The notes beneath the pieces are model-generated. The model worked only from the letters and a program-made list of their open reading frames with translations. It ran no database searches and had not been told where the DNA came from. DNA of 64,000 nt. It comes from Octopus sinensis (Eukaryota). Of the stretch, positions 13,000 through 25,444 are shown in pieces (within the stretch, counting starts at the first letter, position 1; the number at the start of each line of letters is the position of its first letter). Position numbers and translations under genes: made by a program. The stretch is taken from positions 1-64,000 of the forward strand of contig NW_021832598.1 in NCBI RefSeq assembly GCF_006345805.1, given 5' to 3'.

Positions 13000-13029
13000 A
13001 TATATATCTAATATATATATATATATATT

Positions 13030-13316
13030 CAATTGCAGCGTGGAAGGTGTTTGTAAGCCATTTAAGAAACACGCAAAAGCCGTTCGATTCACTTCAAGAT
13101 TTAAGTTTTATTTGTCAAAATATTTTCGTCGCTAAAATCCGCGACCTGTTCACTGACAAAAATCCGAAGAGATGCAGCACGGATTTTTGTCAGTGAACAG
13201 GTCGCGGATTTTAGCGACGAAAATATTTTGACAAATTAAACTTAAATGTTGAAGTGAATCGAACGGCTTTTGTGTGTTTCTTAAATGGCTTACAAACACC
13301 TTCCACGCTGCAATTG
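13030..13316. repeat. Long palindrome, 137-bp arms and 13-bp spacer
   Basis: 13030-13166 is the reverse complement of 13180-13316 with 3 mismatches by eye. Confidence 0.95.
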
Positions 13317-13370
13317 TTTTCGTTTCAGCACACGATCTCAGATCAAATCACTTGCTATGCGAGTACATCT

Positions 13371-13427
<57 letters not shown>

Positions 13428-13460
13428 CATACATACCACACATATATGTTATATGTATAT

Positions 13461-13506
<46 letters not shown>

Positions 13507-13508
<2 letters not shown>

Positions 13509-13875
13509 TAGCAGTATCGCCCGGCGTTGCTCAGGTTTGTAAGGGAAATAACTATAAAGCATTTTTAGAGAGTTATAGCCAAAAATAGCAAAAAAAAGGG
13601 AAAAAATGATGGTAAATTTTTTTGAGAGTTAAAAAGGTGGAGTTGCGTCCCCTAGACGGTCTGTGGTTTGGGTTTCTGATTCTCGACCCCATGTCGAATT
13701 TATCGATTTTTTTCAGAACTGGGGGAACTTTTCAAAATTTTCGCTGCGTTAGTTTTTGAATTATGACATTGGGCTATGTGTGTGTCAAGTTTCATCAGAA
13801 TCGGTTGAAAGCCGTGGTCAGAGTGAGGGTACGAGAAAACAGACACACAGAAAACGCACAGACAAACTGCCGTTT
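13507..13875 (+). mobile_element. Non-autonomous Helitron-like (Lep1/HINE-type) element
   Basis: Starts actagc..cccggcgttgctc within TA repeat; ends aagtttcatcagaatcgg..acagacaaactgccgtttata; resembles Lep1-type ends from recall. Confidence 0.5.
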
Positions 13876-13884
13876 ATATATATA

Positions 13885-13957
<73 letters not shown>

Positions 13958-13970
13958 GAAGAGAGATTGT

Positions 13971-14027
<57 letters not shown>

Positions 14028-14220
14028 GCATTTATCTGTGTTTGCGTGTCTGTCTATCTGTGTTTGTCTCCCGCCACCGCTTCACAGCCGGTGTTGGTCT
14101 GTTATGTCCCCGTTATTTAGCCCTAGGTAGCATCAACGCTTCCTGTCGGCCTTGACACATTTCCTGTGTCCTTATGTTTACAAAGGGGAGACAAGCACCC
14201 CCATCCTGCTAAGCCTGCAT

Positions 14221-14261
14221 CCAGAGACATGTTTCTGAGTCTTTGCTCCTCATCAGTCTGG
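14221..14261 (-). ncRNA. Type I hammerhead ribozyme, canonical CUGAUGA core
   Basis: Minus strand reads CCAGA-CTGATGA-G[GAG caaaga CTC]A-GAAAC-AT-GTC-TCTGG; stem I is 6 bp including the flanking T:A pair; stem III ACATGT is palindromic; GUC cleavage triplet. Confidence 0.8.
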
Positions 14262-14954
14262 AGTAGCATGGCCTGCTAGCTGAAGATGCCTGTCTAGACT
14301 TTGTAAACATTTATGATTTCAGTGAAGTAAATTCACTGATCACCAAAAATAGAAATATTAAATTTCTAAATATCCCAGAGAGATATAAGTAGTGGTGGAA
14401 CATGTATGTATATGCGTATATGTATGTGTGTTCGTGAGTGTCCGTGTCTGTATGTATGTGTGTTTGTGTGTGTATGTGTGTGTGTGTGTGAGTGTGTATG
14501 TGTATGTGTGTTTATTTATTTACATCTCTATACACCTTACACTCAAACTATTTGTTTGGTTATTCCATGTTATGATTTCAAGAATGTATATATATATATT
14601 AAGCATAAAAGCAAAAAATTGGTTCTCAATGACAAATTTAAAAAATAGAATAACAATAAATTTCCAGCATACTTTTATGTTTAGTCTTTTACTTGTTTCT
14701 GTGTTTGATCAGGAACTTTGAAAAGTTCAGTTGAACATATCGACCCCAGTCGTTACTTTTTTTTTTAGAAGCGTGGTACAGATTGCCAAGCAGCAGTGGT
14801 TGGCAAAGAGAAAGACAAACACACCACACACAATCACACATACACATACATACACAGACACACAGACATATGTATGGTGATGTATGGTGACGTATTGTAC
14901 CCATATATGCATATATATATATATATATACATACATATATATATATATAATATA

Positions 14955-14996
<42 letters not shown>

Positions 14997-16750
14997 ATAT
15001 ATATATACATATATATTATTATATTATTATTTAATTGAATGCCGTGCATCCATTTCCAAGTACGCTTATCTTAACCTTTTTGATGTGACTCTACTCTAAT
15101 TTGTTTTCTTCCCCATCCTCTCTAGTTTCCTTTTTCTCTCTTTCACCGTTTTCTATATGTCTCTCTCTCCCCCTCATTCTCTTTTCTCTTTCTTTCGTTG
15201 CCCACACGTGACTATTCTCCATCTTTCTTTTACTCACGTAACCATCTTTCTTTCCTGCACGGACATTCTAAGGACTGGACGTCTCCTATCTCTCTCTTTC
15301 TTTTCTCTTTTCAAAGAAAATGTTTCTCTCAGCGCTCACTATTTTCCCTTCGTTCAGATCTAATGAACCCTCATGTTTGTTTACGTTCGGTTTCCCTGTA
15401 TGTCTCCTCTGTCCTGTTTTTGTTCCTAACGTTGACCCTCCATAAACCCCAAATTTTATTATGGTATTCATGGGAGCAACTGTCTTCGAAGACTCATATT
15501 GTTGTTGATTGCTCGAAATGGGGAGTAGATAGACAGTCGACATCTGATGAAAGGTCGTTCTTTGTATTACTTGTCTTGCTTTCTATTTTTTCTGTCTCGT
15601 TATTTGCGTATTTAACTCACATTTATTTTCGTATTTCATGTTGATGACGTCCTGTACCCATATATGCATATATATATATATATATACGTGTGTGTAGACA
15701 AACGAAAGAAGAGCACTCAACAAATTTGTTGGGAATTACATGTATAGATCAAAACAGTTTGATTCAGATTCCTTGGTACTCTGAGTTACAAGCGTGTGGC
15801 TAGTCTTCGGCCATTGGGATCTGAATGAGAGTTCGATTGAAGAGAGTCAATTTTTACTACTAGACGTTAGGCTAATGTCTATTAGTAAACCAAGGAGTCT
15901 CAATTGATCTGTTTTGATCTCTCTCTCTTTCTCTCTTTCTCTCTGTATGTATGTATATGTCTGTATACATACATACATACATACATACATACATACATAC
16001 ATACATACATACATACAACATACATACATACATATGTGTGTGTGCGTGCGATGACCTTCTCACAGTTTCTTTTTACCAAATCGAATTACAAGGCTCTGGT
16101 CACTTTGGGATTATAGTGGAAAACACTATACATGTTTGGTCTTGGTCTCATTTATCTTACACCACATCCTGGTCTGCGCCTATAAATAAACCACTGGATT
16201 AAAAACCCAACCAGCATTGACATTTTTTTTAAAGGATTATATATTTTGTGTCGTTAAATTACAACTGCTTTGTTTTCTTTTTGTTGGAATTTTAATAATG
16301 GTAAAGTTAAGAAATAAAACACCAGCAGATTTTGAAGTATATGATCTTCATTTCAAAAGAAGTAAAAAGAAAGAAAAAAAACCTATCTGATACTGCCAGA
16401 TTTTCTAAAAGGAATTTGTCATGTTATTTCTCTTTAAAAATATTATGGCTCTGATCTCTTGTTACAATTTCAATAAAGGCAACGTTTTGAATATTTCAAA
16501 TAATTTCTCTTTATTCTCTTCTTTTAAACCTTTTATATTTTTCATTATCTTTACAGATATTTTTTAAAGCGTTGCATTATTTGCATTTGCCGTTTCGATA
16601 TTCGCAGCAATAAATTCTGCTCATTTCTCTGAAGATATCTCTGGTTAGAACTAAAATATTAAAGCATAGCTCACTTGTTTTTATTTGGCTTTCTTTTGCC
16701 TGCATCGAAAAAACATATACATACATACACGCATACATACACCCACACAT

Positions 16751-16794
<44 letters not shown>

Positions 16795-16795
16795 A

Positions 16796-16867
<72 letters not shown>

Positions 16868-16926
16868 TAATATATACATATATATATATTATATATATAT
16901 ATATATATTATATATATAGAAGATAG

Positions 16927-17019
<93 letters not shown>

Positions 17020-17629
17020 CAGACAGATAGATAGATGTATAAATATGTGTGTGTGTTTATTGTTCCTTTTGTGAGAAGGAAACAATTGTCACAAAGGTCG
17101 AATATATTCTTTAAGGAAATATGAAGATACTGTCAACTATTAATGCTTTCTGATTGGCTGAATGCCAATTCACATGTGATGGAAGTTAAAACAGATGATA
17201 CACATGCATATAAAAATTAGTGTGTCACAAATACATCCAGGGTATCATTACGAGAATTGCATAAAGTCTTCATTCAGATATTGTTATCGAAAATGCTGCA
17301 CACCAAAATTATCAAAATAAGCATCTTGCACTACTTACTCAACCACCTGCAAAGAATATTTGTTTATAATGATCAGATATTTGTGCTTTAGATTGGGTCA
17401 CTACCTTCATGAAATGGACATTGCCTGTATAGGTGCACGGTATGCCTCCCGTCATGTTCGATGTGAGATGGTAGAGCAATGCGCACTGAAGTTGTGCACT
17501 GAAGTATTTCGCTCAGGAACAAAACGCCTCTCGTCCGGCCCGGGAATCGAAACCACCATTTTGCCATTGTGAGAGCAACACCCTTGCCACTAGGTCCTCA
17601 TACTATATACATAGGTCCTAACACTATAT

Positions 17630-17694
<65 letters not shown>

Positions 17695-17949
17695 CCGTGA
17701 AATGAAGATTCTCTCTCAATGATACAACGTACAATCTGTTCCAGGAATCGAATCCTCATCATTCTGATCGTGAACGAAACACCTTTTACTTATAAACCAC
17801 ATCTCTCATTTTCCTCTTTCTTTCTCTCTCCATCACTCATGCGCGCGGGCACATGCATACACATACACACACACACACACAAATACACACACACACATAC
17901 GTATATATGGGTACAGGAGTCGAACGCCACGTATCCATTTCCAAGTATG

Positions 17950-17990
<41 letters not shown>

Positions 17991-18264
17991 TATAAATATA
18001 TATACATACATATAAGTGCATGCTTGTTATGAATATATATACATTCTATACATACATGCAGGCAGCGACCGGGATGTTTACGGCAGCGGCCAGCATGTAT
18101 CAATACGATTTATATGCGTTAACAGGAGCAACAGAGCCCTGCAGCTCCAATCTCTAGCAGTGTAGACGTTGTAACACCCTCAGTCCTATTTAATGGCAAT
18201 TATTGTTTTCCCTCTTGGTGAAACTGTGCTGAATAGCTGCCTCATGCAATTATGTGTGTGTGTG

Positions 18265-18322
<58 letters not shown>

Positions 18323-19096
18323 AGATTGAGAGACAAACAGCCAGACAAAACAGACAGTTGCAGAGGCGGTGTGGTTTCATACAATTATAGTCAAACTTGT
18401 TATATTTTAGTTACTTCATTTGCACCCAAATGTGTTTAGTTGTACCAGATGTATTTTTGCTACAAAATATTTACAAAGTTCTTGCCAAGACATTTTGTCT
18501 AAATGCCAGAATTGTCTCGCTTTTATTACAGTAGTCTCTCTTGAAATGTCTTTTTGTTATTACCCTATTCTTTAATTTTTTGTTTTGTTTCATTCACTTT
18601 TTACAAGCGTTTAAACCTGGATCAGTTCCATGGGCTGTCGTTTTGTTTTTAACGAAACTTCAATATTTCTTAATGGTATTATTTTGTATAAGAATTCTTC
18701 TTTCTTTGCGCCCTTTTAAAGCCTTACCAGGCTCATGGACCCGGTTTCTATGGCTTATGTGTTCCCCAGCTGGACGGCTCGCCAGTCCATCGCAGCGTTA
18801 CTCATTTTTGCCAGCTGAGTGTACTGGACCAACGTGAAATGATGTGTTTTGCCCAAGAACGCAAAGCGCCGCTCGGTCCAGGATCATGATGCTGACACCC
18901 TAACCACTAATCCACGCGCCTCCACTTGTATAACAATGCATAGTACAAAATATAAACAAACATCTTGACTTTTAAACAAAACGCTTTAACATGCTAGAAA
19001 ACAGTTACATTCTATCTTTTATCTCTTACTTGTTTCAGTCATCAGAATACGGCCACGTTGGAGTACCACCTTCAAGGGTTTAGTGGAACAAATCAA

Positions 19097-19388
19097 TTAT
19101 TTTATTTATACGCCCTTTTCAAGCGTAGCCAGGCTCATGGGCCCGGTTTTCATGGTTTCTATGGCGTATGTATTTCCCCCAGCTGGATGGAACGCCAGTC
19201 CATCGCAGCGTTACTCAAGAAACAGGAAGAAAGAGTGAGAGAAAGTCGCCACCATCCCCTGCCGGAGCCTCGTGGGGCTTTAGGTGTTTTCGCCCAATAA
19301 ACACACACAACGCCCGGTTTGGGAATCGAAATCGCGATCCTTCGACCGCGAATCCGCTGCCCTAACCACTGGGCCATTGCGCCTCCAC
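19097..19388 (-). mobile_element. tRNA-derived SINE nested in another SINE, with 11-bp TSD
   Basis: gaacaaatcaa at 19086-19096 and 19389-19399. Confidence 0.8.
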
Positions 19389-19897
19389 GAACAAATCAAA
19401 CCCAGTGCTTATTTCATTTCAGCCTGGTACTTATTATATTGGACCCTTTTGCCGATCCGCTAAGTCACAAGCAATGTAGGTAAGAAACACTCGAGTGCCA
19501 CGCGCACGCTCACACACACGCATGCACGTGCATACTGCCTGGGATCTTGGACTACTGTATTTTACTATATCCACTGACTTACCACAACCTTGTGAGTGGG
19601 TTTGGTAGACGGAAAATTATATAAAATGTGTGTGTGTGCGTGTCTGTCTGTCTGACTTTGTCTATCTGTGTGAGTGTGTTTGTTCCACACCACCGCTTGA
19701 CAACGGGTTTTGGTGTCTTTACGACCCCGTAAGATGCGGTTCGGCAAAAATTACCGATAGAATGAGTATCAGGCTTAGAAATAATTGTACTGGGATCAAT
19801 TCATTCGACTAAAATTCTTCAAAGCGATGTTCAGGCATGGTTACAGTATTATGATTTGAAAAATTAAAACATATAATTGTGTGTTTATGTGTGTGTA

Positions 19898-19951
<54 letters not shown>

Positions 19952-20031
19952 TGTATGTGTGGCGTATGTGTATGGCGTGTTAAGCTCAGAAGCGATGCAT
20001 TCTACCATATTTCTACTCAAGTCGAATAGAT

Positions 20032-20680
20032 CAGTGTTCTGCAGCCGGTATGCTGTGGCACACTGGTGTGCCGCGGCACAATGATAGGTGTAACCTGAAT
20101 AAAAATTTCCCCTCTTTACTCTTTGACTTGTTTCAGTCATTTGACTGCGGCAATGCTGGAGCACCACCTTTTTTAATCGAACATATTGACCCCAGGACTT
20201 ATTCTTTGTGAGCCTAGTAATTGTTCTGTCGGTCTCTTTTGCCGAACCACGAAGTTACGGGGACGTAAACACACCAGCATCGGTTGTCAAGCGATGTTGG
20301 GGAGACAAACACAGACACACAAACGTATACACATACACACACACACACATATACATATATACGACGCGGGGAGGGGCAAACACAGACACAGATACACAAA
20401 CATATACACACACATACATATATACGACGGGCTTCTTTCAGTTTCCGTCTATCAAATCCACTCACAAGGCTTTGCTCGGCCCGACGCTATAGTAGAAGAC
20501 ACTTGCCCAAGGTGCCACATAGTGGGACTGAACCCGGAACCATGTCGTTCGTAAGCAAGCTACTACCACACAGCCACTCCTACACCTTTACTTTTAGTTA
20601 TATTTTTAGTTCAGGTGTGCCACCGAATTTTGAAACGAATTTTAGCGTACCGCAAGTGAAAAAAGGGTTGCAGGGCGCTC
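20032..20680. mobile_element. Degenerate hAT-like MITE interrupted by a SINE (about 20110-20585)
   Basis: cagtgttctgcagccggt..gtggcacactggtgtgccgcg left end; gtgtgccaccgaa..aaaaagggttgcagggcgctc right end. Confidence 0.45.
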
Positions 20681-21146
20681 GAATGAAGCCACTCCAAATC
20701 TTTGTTATAATATTCATGTCGATGGAGTCAGAACTAGCTAGCTTCTAATGGCATTGAGTAGTATATTACTCTTTACTCTTTTACTCTTTTACTTGTTTAA
20801 GTCATTTGACGGCGGTCATGCTGGAGCACCACGTTTAGTCGAGCAAATCGAACCCATCACTTATTCTTTGTAAGTCTAGTACTTATTCTATCGGTCTCTT
20901 TTGCTGAACCGCTAGGTTACGGGGGAAAGAATATTTATACAAATGGGAAAGAATATTTATACAGAGAAACATGGGAGAGAAGAGAGAGGAGGAGAGAGAA
21001 GAGTGGACAAAGTTTTGGCAGTGTAGGAATGAGGGCAGAGGAAAATGGAGAGCTATACAAACAATGTGAAGGGAATAGATTTTTTTTTTTCAGAAAAATT
21101 GTCAAAATTTTGTTCGCTCAGAGAACAGATCACATGTTGGTACACC

Positions 21147-21199
<53 letters not shown>

Positions 21200-22547
21200 T
21201 GTGTGCGCGCGCGCGCGTGTGTGTGTGTGTGCGTGTGTGTGCGTGTGTGTGTGTGTGTGTATGTGCCTGTGTATTATAATGGTCACTTGCGTCGATTTCC
21301 AAGCAGCTGTATTTGAAGGGTAGGATATAAAAAAAAAAAGTTTTATATATAAAATATAAAAAGTGCATGAATATAAATAATAATATATATATATATATAG
21401 ATATATATATATATAATATTATATATATATATATAACACACACTCACACACAGACACACACGCACATATATATAAGTAATATTGTGACTTCATGCAACAA
21501 AGTCTGTATATATAGAGTATATATATACTCTCTCTCTCTCTCTATATATATATATGCTCTATATTGATGAATTTTTAATGAGTTGGAAACATTGTTTTGC
21601 GAGGATTGTAACAGCTTTCATTGCTCCAGCTTGCAATTCCAAAAAGACCAATTTTGACCTTCATGTGGATGAGGTTGATAAATATAGCACCGATTTTCTT
21701 CTGGGCCCATTTCTTCTCTTCCTCTCTTTTCTTGTTTCTTTCTCTTCCCAGAAGTACCTAATTGAGTTAGGTCTAAAGAGGAAGGTCTCCTCTAAATCTA
21801 AAATTGTCCAAACGCACTGTATAGGACGACGGCGGCTCTACCATTCAATCATCGTGTGGAGGACTCGAGGCAAGACATATACAGTACAGGGCAATATTAA
21901 TGATCATAATATCACCGTGATCACCGTGACCGACCAGGCTATCAGATTTTGTTACACATCGCTGATCACAATGCGATTCAAATGATTGTTTAAGCCTTCA
22001 AATGACGTCACCCCGCTGGCTAAGCGAGCAGGCCAACAGAAGAAAGTATTAGAGAAAGTGGTGGCGAAAGAGTACTGCAGGGTTCGCCACCACTGCCTGC
22101 CGGAGCCTCGTGGAGCTTTAGGTGTTTTCGCACAATAAACACTCACAACGTCCGGTCGTGAATCGAAACTGCGATCCTACGACCACGTGTCCGCTGCCCT
22201 AACCACTGGGCCATAGCGCCTCCACATTAATGATCACAATATATGTACAATTATTTAGTACAGTTGTATTGCTCTGTAATTCGTATTTACAGCCTGATTG
22301 TTAAACCAAATGACAGTTAAACTCCTTGACTACAGTAACAATATACACGACCAAGTGATTGTGTAGATAGCGCTCCCCAAAAGAAGTAATATGAAAAAAG
22401 ATATATTAATCTATTAACGTGGAGAAGGATACAAATAAGACAACTAGAAAGGTAAGTAGAATCAGAAAAACAAACCTGATTTTCGGTGTATTTGCCTCTC
22501 ATGTCAGACGAAAAACGTTTCTGAAAATAATAATAATAATAATAATA

Positions 22548-22599
<52 letters not shown>

Positions 22600-22601
<2 letters not shown>

Positions 22602-23129
22602 GGCTCTCATGGATTTTCATCTTAACTGATTGGAAGTGTTATCAAGTAAATTTTTTTTTCTTCGTATAAAAGATGGGTTACAGCAAATATTCTGCTCAAT
22701 ACCAGAGATTTGCTTGTCAGTTGTTTGACCGTAATCAGTTGAGCATGTCCCTTAGTGGCTGGCGATATGTGCATCTGTGATCTAGAGCAGAAGTAGTGGG
22801 GGAGCATCATCGCCATGTGTTGGGAGGGATTTTTGTGGTTAGATTAATTCACCTCTGGAAACATAGGTGTTTCGTTCAACATCCTTAAACAACCTTTATT
22901 CAGGGATCTTTTGAGCGTGATGGGTTACTCGACCAGAAGAAAATTCCAACTGGGCCCCACCTACAAGGTCATGTGCTGTTTATCTTGATATGAGATCACC
23001 ATGTTGCACACGTATGGTTGTGATGAATGTGCCTAGTGTACCCTTATCAGACGGATAGTCATGAGGGGTTTACTGGGCTTCGTATATTTTATCCCAGTGT
23101 AACTTTGATGGCATGCACTGCTCTCTCAC

Positions 23130-23130
<1 letters not shown>
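22600..23130. mobile_element. About 530-bp interspersed element embedded in (TAA)n
   Basis: Flanked by (TAA)n on both sides; close homologues at 63040-63575 and 63689-64000. Confidence 0.8.
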
Positions 23131-23204
<74 letters not shown>

Positions 23205-23640
23205 GGTCGGAATAAACTTGAAGCTATCAACACCTGGGCAGTTTCACTCTTAAGATATGGAGCAAGGGTAATCGCATGGACAGTAGAAGTAAACAACTTG
23301 GACACAAAGGCAAGGAACTAGATATGGGACACTCTCCCTAAAAAGTGACACATGCAGACTGTATTTACCAAGAAAAAGAGGGCTAAGAGGACTTATTGGA
23401 TGCGAATATAGCATTAGAACAAAAGAAAACAACATAGTATGGTATGTAAAAAATGCCACAGAACCGCTATTATTAGAAGAAGGTCAGGTTTATGTAGGAT
23501 GAAAGATTGCAAAGATAAAGCACTGTACAAGTAATTGAAAACAAATGAAACCGAAAATAGGTGGGTAAAGAAAAGAACGCATGGTCAATTTCATAGGGAT
23601 GTTAAAGATAAGGCAGACAGAGAAAATAAGTTGGCTGGTG
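23205..23640 (+). mobile_element. Dong/R4-clade LINE RT fragment, degenerate
   Basis: KAINTWAVSLLRYGA, KSDTCRLYLPRKRG..GLIGCE and HGQFHRD motifs, with stops. Confidence 0.65.
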
Positions 23641-24210
23641 GTAGATAGGAAGTTCTCTGTTAGCCTCTTGTCAGCTCTAAACTTGCAGACCTATTATAAT
23701 CCATGACCAACTGAACTCTCAGTAATCACTGTGCTTAGTGCACCCCTAAATACATAATTCAATATACCTGTCTTTTGTACGAGTATACGCTTCAAATAGA
23801 GAGTTGGCTTTTGTTGGATTGTGGAGTTAAGGTTTTTAGGGGGAGCTAATTAGGGTAGCCTTTGTTTTGGTACTGATAGTGATGATGTTGATATATGCAA
23901 TTGTAGTTATGTTAATGGGTGTGGTTGTAGTAAGGAGGGTTGAAAAATGCAGATGGTATCGTTAGCTACAATAAAAGGGGAGTGATAGTTAAAATAGTAC
24001 TGTGACAATAATATTGTTCTACTCTACAGCATATATAAAATGTTAACCAACAGTAATTTGCTTAGAATTAAAAAAAAAGCATATAATCAAACATTGCTTT
24101 TTGGTCCAGCAAAGTCTACGAACAGGAAACTAACCTGAAGTTGCTTCCAGTTAGTAAAATGTTTATTGCACATAATAAATTAATGAGAAAAGTTCTATTT
24201 CTTTACTAAC

Positions 24211-24326
24211 CACTTTTCGCCCATTTCTGTCGTAAAACATCCTCATATAATTATCAAACACATCATATAAACAATCTGTGATGCTTTCAATTTTCGCCTT
24301 TTCGATATTATTGCTGCCGTGGAACC
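24211..24326 (-). CDS. Gene B coding exon 3: (G)FHGSNNIEKAKIESITDCLYDVFDNYMRMFYDRNGRKV
   Basis: ttttatag acceptor, gttagt donor, 116 nt, phase 1-0, same length as gene A exon 3. Confidence 0.92.
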
Positions 24327-24379
24327 CTATAAAAGCCACAAAAATAAAAACAGATAGAAGTTTATTCCACTGGAACGAA

Positions 24380-24700
24380 ATTACCAATGTCTACTTCTAC
24401 ATTGGCGCATCCTCTTCCCCGTTATCTAAGAGAATTTCCAATCATTATTCTTCATTTAGGGATAGCAGTAAACGTCATAGCACAGGGCTAAGTAAATTGG
24501 TTTGGTATCTTAAAGACAACAATAAGAATTTTAAGTTAGACTGGTTCATCCTTTTTTTTTTATTATGATAAGAGCAAAGGATTTTGTAACATTTGCAACT
24601 CTGAACTCTTCCATATTCTCTTCTCTAAGAATCACCTTGTTAACACACTTATAGAGCGATCTTATAAATGTAAGCACTGGCAGAACATACCTTTAGCTCA
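24380..24700 (+). mobile_element. PLE GIY-YIG endonuclease fragment in gene B intron 2
   Basis: YFYIGASS..LSKRISNHYSSFR..KRHSTGLSKLVWYLKD, then CNICNSE. Confidence 0.7.
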
Positions 24701-25288
24701 TATAAGTAATTTTACCAGACTCTATAGTTTGGACAGTTAGTTTAACTTGCACTTTACTTCAATAGAGAAATCTACTTCAAGGCCTTTGAACATTTTTTCA
24801 ACTATCATATCCCTCTTTATTTGTTCTCTACTTATTATTTCTTTACCCCTTCTCTTTCTAGTATCTGCCTTTGACGTCAAATCTACTAACGGCTTTTTCA
24901 AAATACTTGATAACGTTCTGTTTATCATTTATGCAGTCATCAAAATTGTTATAATGTCATGTTGTTGAGATAGGTTCTCTTTCTCTCCTGATGAAAAGAT
25001 TGCATATTACACCGTTTATTCCTTTGGAATAAAACCATTGTTGTCTCCGAAACATAAGTCGAAAGTAAATGAATTTGAATGTCATCTACGTTCAACTCCA
25101 TTTATTTACTTATACTACACAAATTACTGCACATTAACCCGGAGATTCTACCTTTGAATAGGTCGCTACATCCTTGTTACTTGCGTGAATTTTGCTACCC
25201 TGGTAACTGTTTATTGAATTTTCCATGTAAACGGTAAACAAAGGATAATTCATTCATCATATATATATATATATATATAATATATATA

Positions 25289-25334
<46 letters not shown>

Positions 25335-25348
25335 CAATTGATACTTAC

Positions 25349-25444
25349 CGAATTCGTTTGCTAAATATCTCGAAATTGTCATACTTTGTGGAACCTGAAT
25401 TTTACGATCAATCTCCAGAATCGGCAGCATACAACATGGCATTT
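25349..25444 (-). CDS. Gene B coding exon 2: (K)[31 protein letters not shown](G)
   Basis: atttcag acceptor, gtaagt donor, 96 nt, phase 1-1; GST cis-Pro and QS motifs. Confidence 0.95.

Noticed and set aside
15505-15560. GAAA..CTGATGA as a permuted hammerhead (similar case at about 31680-31730, minus strand)
   Set aside because: Could not form stem I or a convincing stem II
16675-16699. 25-nt exon candidate (cag..gtgagc)
   Set aside because: Not a multiple of 3 at a phase-0 position; no crystallin-like content
17339-17346. 8-nt AG..GT micro-exon candidate in gene B intron 3
   Set aside because: Breaks the frame alone; combined with the 25-nt candidate at 16675-16699 it restores frame but contains TAA
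21554-21985. 143-aa ORF
   Set aside because: No recognisable motif; runs into a SINE tail
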